A stretch of 63,239 bases of DNA, the filler included, from Reclinomonas americana ATCC 50394 (Eukaryota): the NCBI GenBank assembly GCA_048213135.1. It is 24 parts of 24 records of this genome, joined end to end, with 100 filler letters (N's around TTAATTAATTAA, not from the genome) between each part and the next. Parts side by side here need not be neighbours in the genome. Positions count along the whole stretch, not along the records: positions 58,342 to 61,339 come from AFZH01017545.1; positions 61,440 to 63,239 come from AFZH01017550.1; 22 more parts are not named here. One strand, written 5' to 3'. The notes under the pieces were generated by a model, which searched no databases, was not told the origin of the DNA, and saw only the letters and a program-made list of their open reading frames with translations. Of this stretch, positions 58,487 to 63,239 are shown piece by piece. Each line of letters begins with the position of its first letter. Within the stretch, counting starts at the first letter, position 1. The position numbers and the translations under genes were made by a program.

Positions 58487-60376
58487 ACGCATGCACTCAC
58501 ACATTCTAATGTACTCCCATATTCTGCTTACTCATCTTTTCCCGCACTCAAATCTCTCTCTCTCTCTCATTCTCTCTCTGTGACTTCTCTCTGTCACTTC
58601 TTTCTCTTTCTCTCTCTCTCATACATACACGCTCACTCTCAGTCTCTCCCACTTCATGGATGTCCCTCCGTGTACATCCTCTCGCTCTATCTGCGTGCAA
58701 GTCCTGATTCATCTTTTGATGTAGCTCATTGTTCTCAACGCTTACATTTCTCACTCTGCCTTCCCACAACTCTCATTCACATTCTTGCTTCTACTGCTCT
58801 CTTTGTGCAGCCACCCGAATGTGATCGGCGTTTACGGTGTTGTACCCGATGCTCCCGATGGGCCAGGCTACTTGATGGACTTTAGCGAGGGCGGCTCGTT
58901 GTCGGATTTGCTCTTTGTTCGCTGTGAAAATCTCACCAATGTGGAGGTGAGCCTCGCTCTGGTGACATGCCCTCGCTTTCATGGGTGTGAATTCTCATTG
59001 ACATCCCATTCCGCAGCGTCTTGATTTGTGCATCGAGGTCATGCGCGGGTTGGTGAATCTGCATCGCCATCGTATGGCTCACCGCGATCTCAAGCCGGAG
59101 AATGTGCTGTTGGATGCACATCGCGTCCCTCGTCTCGCCGATTTTGGTCTTGCTGACACCGCGTCGACTGCGACTCGGCTGACTGGTGCTGTCGGAACTC
59201 CAATGTGTGTATTGTTATGTTGGGATACATGTCTTGATGCTTTTCTGACTTCTTGGCTTGGTAGGTACATGGCGCCAGAAGTTATGAACGCGGAGGTGAG
59301 AAAATTCGTACTCGTATTATCTGCTTTCCCGACTTGATTTCAGTGCATCTGTAGCCGTATGACCTGTCATGCGACATTCACTCCATGGCGATGATCATTT
59401 GGGTTATTTTCGCGAATGAGCTGCCTTTTGCTGGACTCGCACCGCTGCAGGTAATTTCACAGTTCTCTTTAACCGCGGTCATTTATTGACGAAGCGTTAG
59501 ATGGCGCGGCGTATTGATCGTGGGGAGCGTCCGCCCGTAGCATCGATTCCTGCGGAGCTTCGTGACATTGTTGCTCGCTGCTGGGTGAGTGGCTCGAGTT
59601 GCAGTCTTCCAGCTGTCAGATTATTCATTCGTGCTCTATCACCTCAGTCACCGACGCCGGCGGATCGTCCGTCAAGTGTCGATTTGCTTGCAGGCCTGCT
59701 GCAGGTCCGACAGCTGTGGGTGCAACCTGCTGCGGAGGGCGGGGTTCGTGGTCGCGAAAATGTTGCGCAAGATCTGGCCGCTGCGATGGAGCAGCAGATG
59801 CGCATGCAAGAAGAAGCTGCCGCCAGTGCAGCGAGGCTTCGTCAACAGGGGGAGCAGCTCCAGCGCCGCGAACAACAGCTAATTGCAGAAGAGCAGCGCC
59901 GCCAACAGGAAGCGGATGCCCTACGCCGACGGGAGGAAGAGCTGCGACGCCGAGAACAGCAGGTAGCCGCTGCTGAGCAAGCGAGGATCGCTCAACAGGA
60001 AGCGGATGCGCTTCGACAGCGGCAGGAAGCAGAAGTGCTTCGCCTTAGAGAGGAAGCCGCTGCACGTGCGGAAGCGGAGCGCTGGCAGCGAGAAGCAGAG
60101 GCCACACGCCAGCGACAGGTGCAAGAGGCCGCTGCTCGTGCGGAAGAACAACGCCGCCAGCAGGAAGAAGTTGCCCGTCATCCGGTCTGTGCTGTCTGCG
60201 CTTTTGTTCAATCTGCTGATACAGTATTACTCATGTGCGGATCACAGTTGTGCAAGAGATGCGGCCAGCCAGCGGTTCCAGGTCAGAAATGCATTCACCA
60301 CACGCATGTTGCGTTATGCGCATCTTTCAATTTCCCTGTTGGGTACGAGTGCGCTCATCAAACAAGTTCCCAGTGG
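57547..60376 (+). CDS. RING-HC plus TKL-like Ser/Thr kinase, coiled coil and Cys/His-rich tail (3'-partial)
   Basis: RING CPICYDSF..PMVVPCGNGHAICLAC..CPVC; kinase LGRGTSAVV, ALK, KEA, HPNVIGVYG, HRDLKPENVLL, DFG, GTPMYMAPE, PFAGL, RP-----CW----DRP; E/Q/R-rich helix 59770-60180; then CKRC..C-HH. Catalytic residues intact. Confidence 0.92.
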
Positions 60377-61439
60377 GTAAGTTTATTTCTCTTCTGCCGT
60401 TACGTTCGATAGCTAACGCTTGCGAGCACGGCGACAATGGCGATGGATGCATGATCATGCAGGGAGTTGAGTATGCGTGTGTATGTGTATATGGAGGGAG
60501 AAAGAGAGAAGAGAGAGAAGAGAGAGGGGAGAGAGAGAGGGACAAACAGAGTGTGAGAAAGACAGACCGAGAGAGAGAGAGAGAGCGAGGATGGAGAAAG
60601 AGAGAGAGAGAGAGCGAGGAAGAGGGATGGAGTGAGAGTGAAAGAGAGAGTTTGTACATGTGTATGAGAGTAGGGAGAGAGAGAGAAGAGAGAGAGATTG
60701 TATGTGCTTGTGTGTGTTTGTGTGTGTTTTGTTTTGTTTTGTATGTGTTTTTTGCAAAATAATGGATGAGTGCATATGTATGAGTGCATATGGTTGCGTG
60801 TTTGTTTGTGCGTGTGTGTATGTATTTGTGTATGAGAAAGAGAGAGAGAGAGAGGAGAGAGAAGGGAGAGGGGTGAAAGTGAGAGAGAGCGGGAGAGTGT
60901 AGAGAGAGGGGAGTGAGAGAGTGAGAGAGTGAGAGAGAAAATGTGTGTGTGTGTTAGAGTGAGAAAGAGAAAGTGTGCGAGAGAGAGAAAAGGAGAAAGA
61001 GAGAGAGAAAAGACAGAGTGTGTGTGTGCGTGTGCGTGTGTGGTCGACTGACTGTGCATGTGGCGTTTGTGTGTATGTGTTTGTGTGTGTTTGTGTGTGT
61101 TTGTATGCACGGCGACAATGGCGATGGATGCATGATCATGCAGGACGTGAGTATGCGTGTGTATGTGTGTGTGTATGCGAGAAAGAGAGAAGAGAGAGAA
61201 GGGAGAGGGGAGAGAGAGAGGGAGAAACAGAGTGTGAGAAAGACTGACCGAGAGAGACAGAGAGAGAGTGAGAGCAAGGGAGAGTTTGTGTATGTGTGTG
61301 TGTTTGGGAAGAAATTAGGGAGAGTAGGGAGAGAGAGAGNNNNNNNNNNNNNNNNNNNNNNNNNNNNNNNNNNNNNNNNNNNNTTAATTAATTAANNNNN
61401 NNNNNNNNNNNNNNNNNNNNNNNNNNNNNNNNNNNNNNN

Positions 61440-61597
61440 GCACGGCCCGAATGATGGAGTCAGGTCGGACACCGCCACCGCCGCCACCGGCTGCGCGCAC
61501 CGCCGTCAAGCTCGATCACTACAATGTGGACCGCACGCGCGAAACGTGGCGACAAGAGAACCCATCCGGCAAGCGCACCTTCCCCGACAGAATGTGA
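61440..61597 (+). CDS. Possible terminal exon of an unidentified gene (or of the RING-kinase)
   Basis: Open from the contig edge: TARMMESGRTPPPPPPAARTAVKLDHYNVDRTRETWRQENPSGKRTFPDRM, TGA. Confidence 0.4.
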
Positions 61598-61734
61598 GCG
61601 GCAGCAACATGATGTTTCTTGTTTCTGTTCAGTGCATGTATGTACTCTTGTGTCACTTGCGTGGCACGAGGAAGGAAAAAACAAGAGGCGAGAGAAGGCG
61701 TCTACGAAGAAATGTACAACCACAACCAGCAGAA

Positions 61735-62461
61735 TTAGCGTGCTGATTTGGCCTTCGATGGCGCATTCGACTGCTGCTGCACGGCGGCGTAGACGTCTCG
61801 CAAGTTCTGTGGCGGCAGATACGTCTGACTGCGCACTTTCTCTAGCTCCTGTGGATTCCTGGCTCGGCGCATGTGGATGATTGCTTGCGCCGGGAAATGT
61901 CGTTGCACCACCTGCCCACCTGCCGCCTCAATCGCCGCCACCGCCGACGGTGTCGCACGACTGACTTCCAGTTTCAGTGGAGCCTTCAGCAGATCCGCAC
62001 CCTGTGTGTGTGCAAGTCTGAGAGGGGGAACAGGGGGAGGGCAGCTCTCTCCCAGCCGAACGCAACATCGCCCAACAACTTGATGCCCGGATATCGCAAT
62101 CGTGAGACGAGACCCACCTCGTACAGGTGCCGCATGGTGATCAGCGAGCCATCCGTCGGCAGCCGACCTTGCGAGGCGAACACCTGCAACTGCGACACAT
62201 TGATGATCGCATAGTCGAGGGTGTGCGGGTTGAAGAAGCCGCGCTCCTTGCCGTCGCGGTGCTTCCAGCCCTGCGTTTGACCACCTACGCGGAGAGAAAA
62301 AAGTGAGGAGAGTGGGTGGGGCAAGCGAGTGGAGGGAGGAGGGAATGACCTTCAAAGCCTGGGCGTGGCTTGCCGGTACCACGTCGCGCCTTTTGACCCA
62401 AATGACCGCGGCCAGAGGTCTTGCCACGGCCGGAGCCAATGCCACGACCAACACGACGAGC
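61735..62461 (-). CDS. MRPL15: Mitochondrial ribosomal protein uL15m (5'-partial)
   Basis: [77 protein letters not shown]: bacterial-type uL15 motifs in an intron-containing nuclear gene. Confidence 0.93.
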
Positions 62462-62649
62462 CTATGCCACAGGGGAAAGGCGGTGAGCGAATGAATGGAA
62501 GAGTGGATGCACATAAAGCCTCTCTCTCACGCGCAGTCGCTCAAAGCATGAATGCATTCACACAGTCATCTCTTCAATGCCCTTCCGTGCATGTGCGATC
62601 TTCTGTCTCGCTCTCCGTGCATGCCAGCGCAAGCATCAGCTCTTTCACT

Positions 62650-63140
62650 GAATGAGTGTGAGTGTGCCTCGCAAGTTCAACTCTTGCAAGCTCTGCATTC
62701 ACCTGCACGTGCATCTTCCCACACTGTGTGCGTGAATGTGTGCCTCGCAAGTTCAACTCTTGCAAGCTCACAACGCATCTGCATTCACCTGCACGTGCGT
62801 CTTCCCACACACTGTGAGCGTGAATGTGTGCCTCGCAAGTTCAACTATTGCAAGCTCATCAGCGCACCTGCACAACGCATGCACGTGCGTCTACCGACAC
62901 ACTCTCTTGCTGCGCGCGCGTGTGTGTGTGCGTCTCTTTCTCTCTCGCTCGCTCAAGGTTAACTCTTCAATGTTCACAAGCGCAGCTGCATTCAACTCTG
63001 CAAAGCATACACGTGCGTCTTCCCACATTCTCACGCTGTGTTTGTGCATGTGCGTGCGTCGCTCTCTCTCTCGCTTTCAGGTCAACTCTTGCAAGATCAT
63101 CAACGCATCTGCATTCAACTCTGCAAAGCATGCACCCGCG
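62650..63140. repeat. Degenerate intronic tandem repeat (TGTGCCTCGCAAGTTCAACTCTTGCAAG / GCATTCAACTCTGCAAAGCA)
   Basis: Several copies upstream of the first visible uL15m exon. Confidence 0.75.
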
Positions 63141-63162
63141 TTTTCGTACACACCCTCTACCG

Positions 63163-63239
<77 letters not shown>

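Overview
Draft-assembly window from an intron-rich, microsatellite-rich unicellular eukaryote with an aerobic-type mitochondrion (uL15m, NDUFAF3 and a probable mL60-like gene). About 23 contigs are joined by artificial N-run/TTAATTAATTAA/N-run spacers. Several genes read in order across the spacers, so contig order looks real but gap sizes are unknown. I spliced exons by hand because the six-frame ORF track is mostly low-complexity noise. This gives about 16 genes or fragments: an unknown protein fragment, a CAP-Gly protein, a secreted GH31 glycosidase, a multi-pass membrane protein, CTF8, a MAP kinase, an mL60-like microprotein, eS10, an R3HDM4-like protein, NDUFAF3, a long coiled-coil protein, a NACHT-pentapeptide-WD40 NLR-like protein, a RING-kinase and uL15m. 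Main points of interest: (1) a frequent atypical 5' splice-site class GTTGCG(T), resembling a +1 shifted U1 register and almost always lacking G at -1; (2) long introns bracketed by 5' purine and 3' pyrimidine tracts; (3) an NLR beginning with a ubiquitin-tail-like LRGG followed by a cryptic myristoylation/palmitoylation motif GCGVS, head-to-head with a RING-kinase; (4) a bipartite element shared upstream of two unrelated genes. All gene names come from motif recognition, not database searches.
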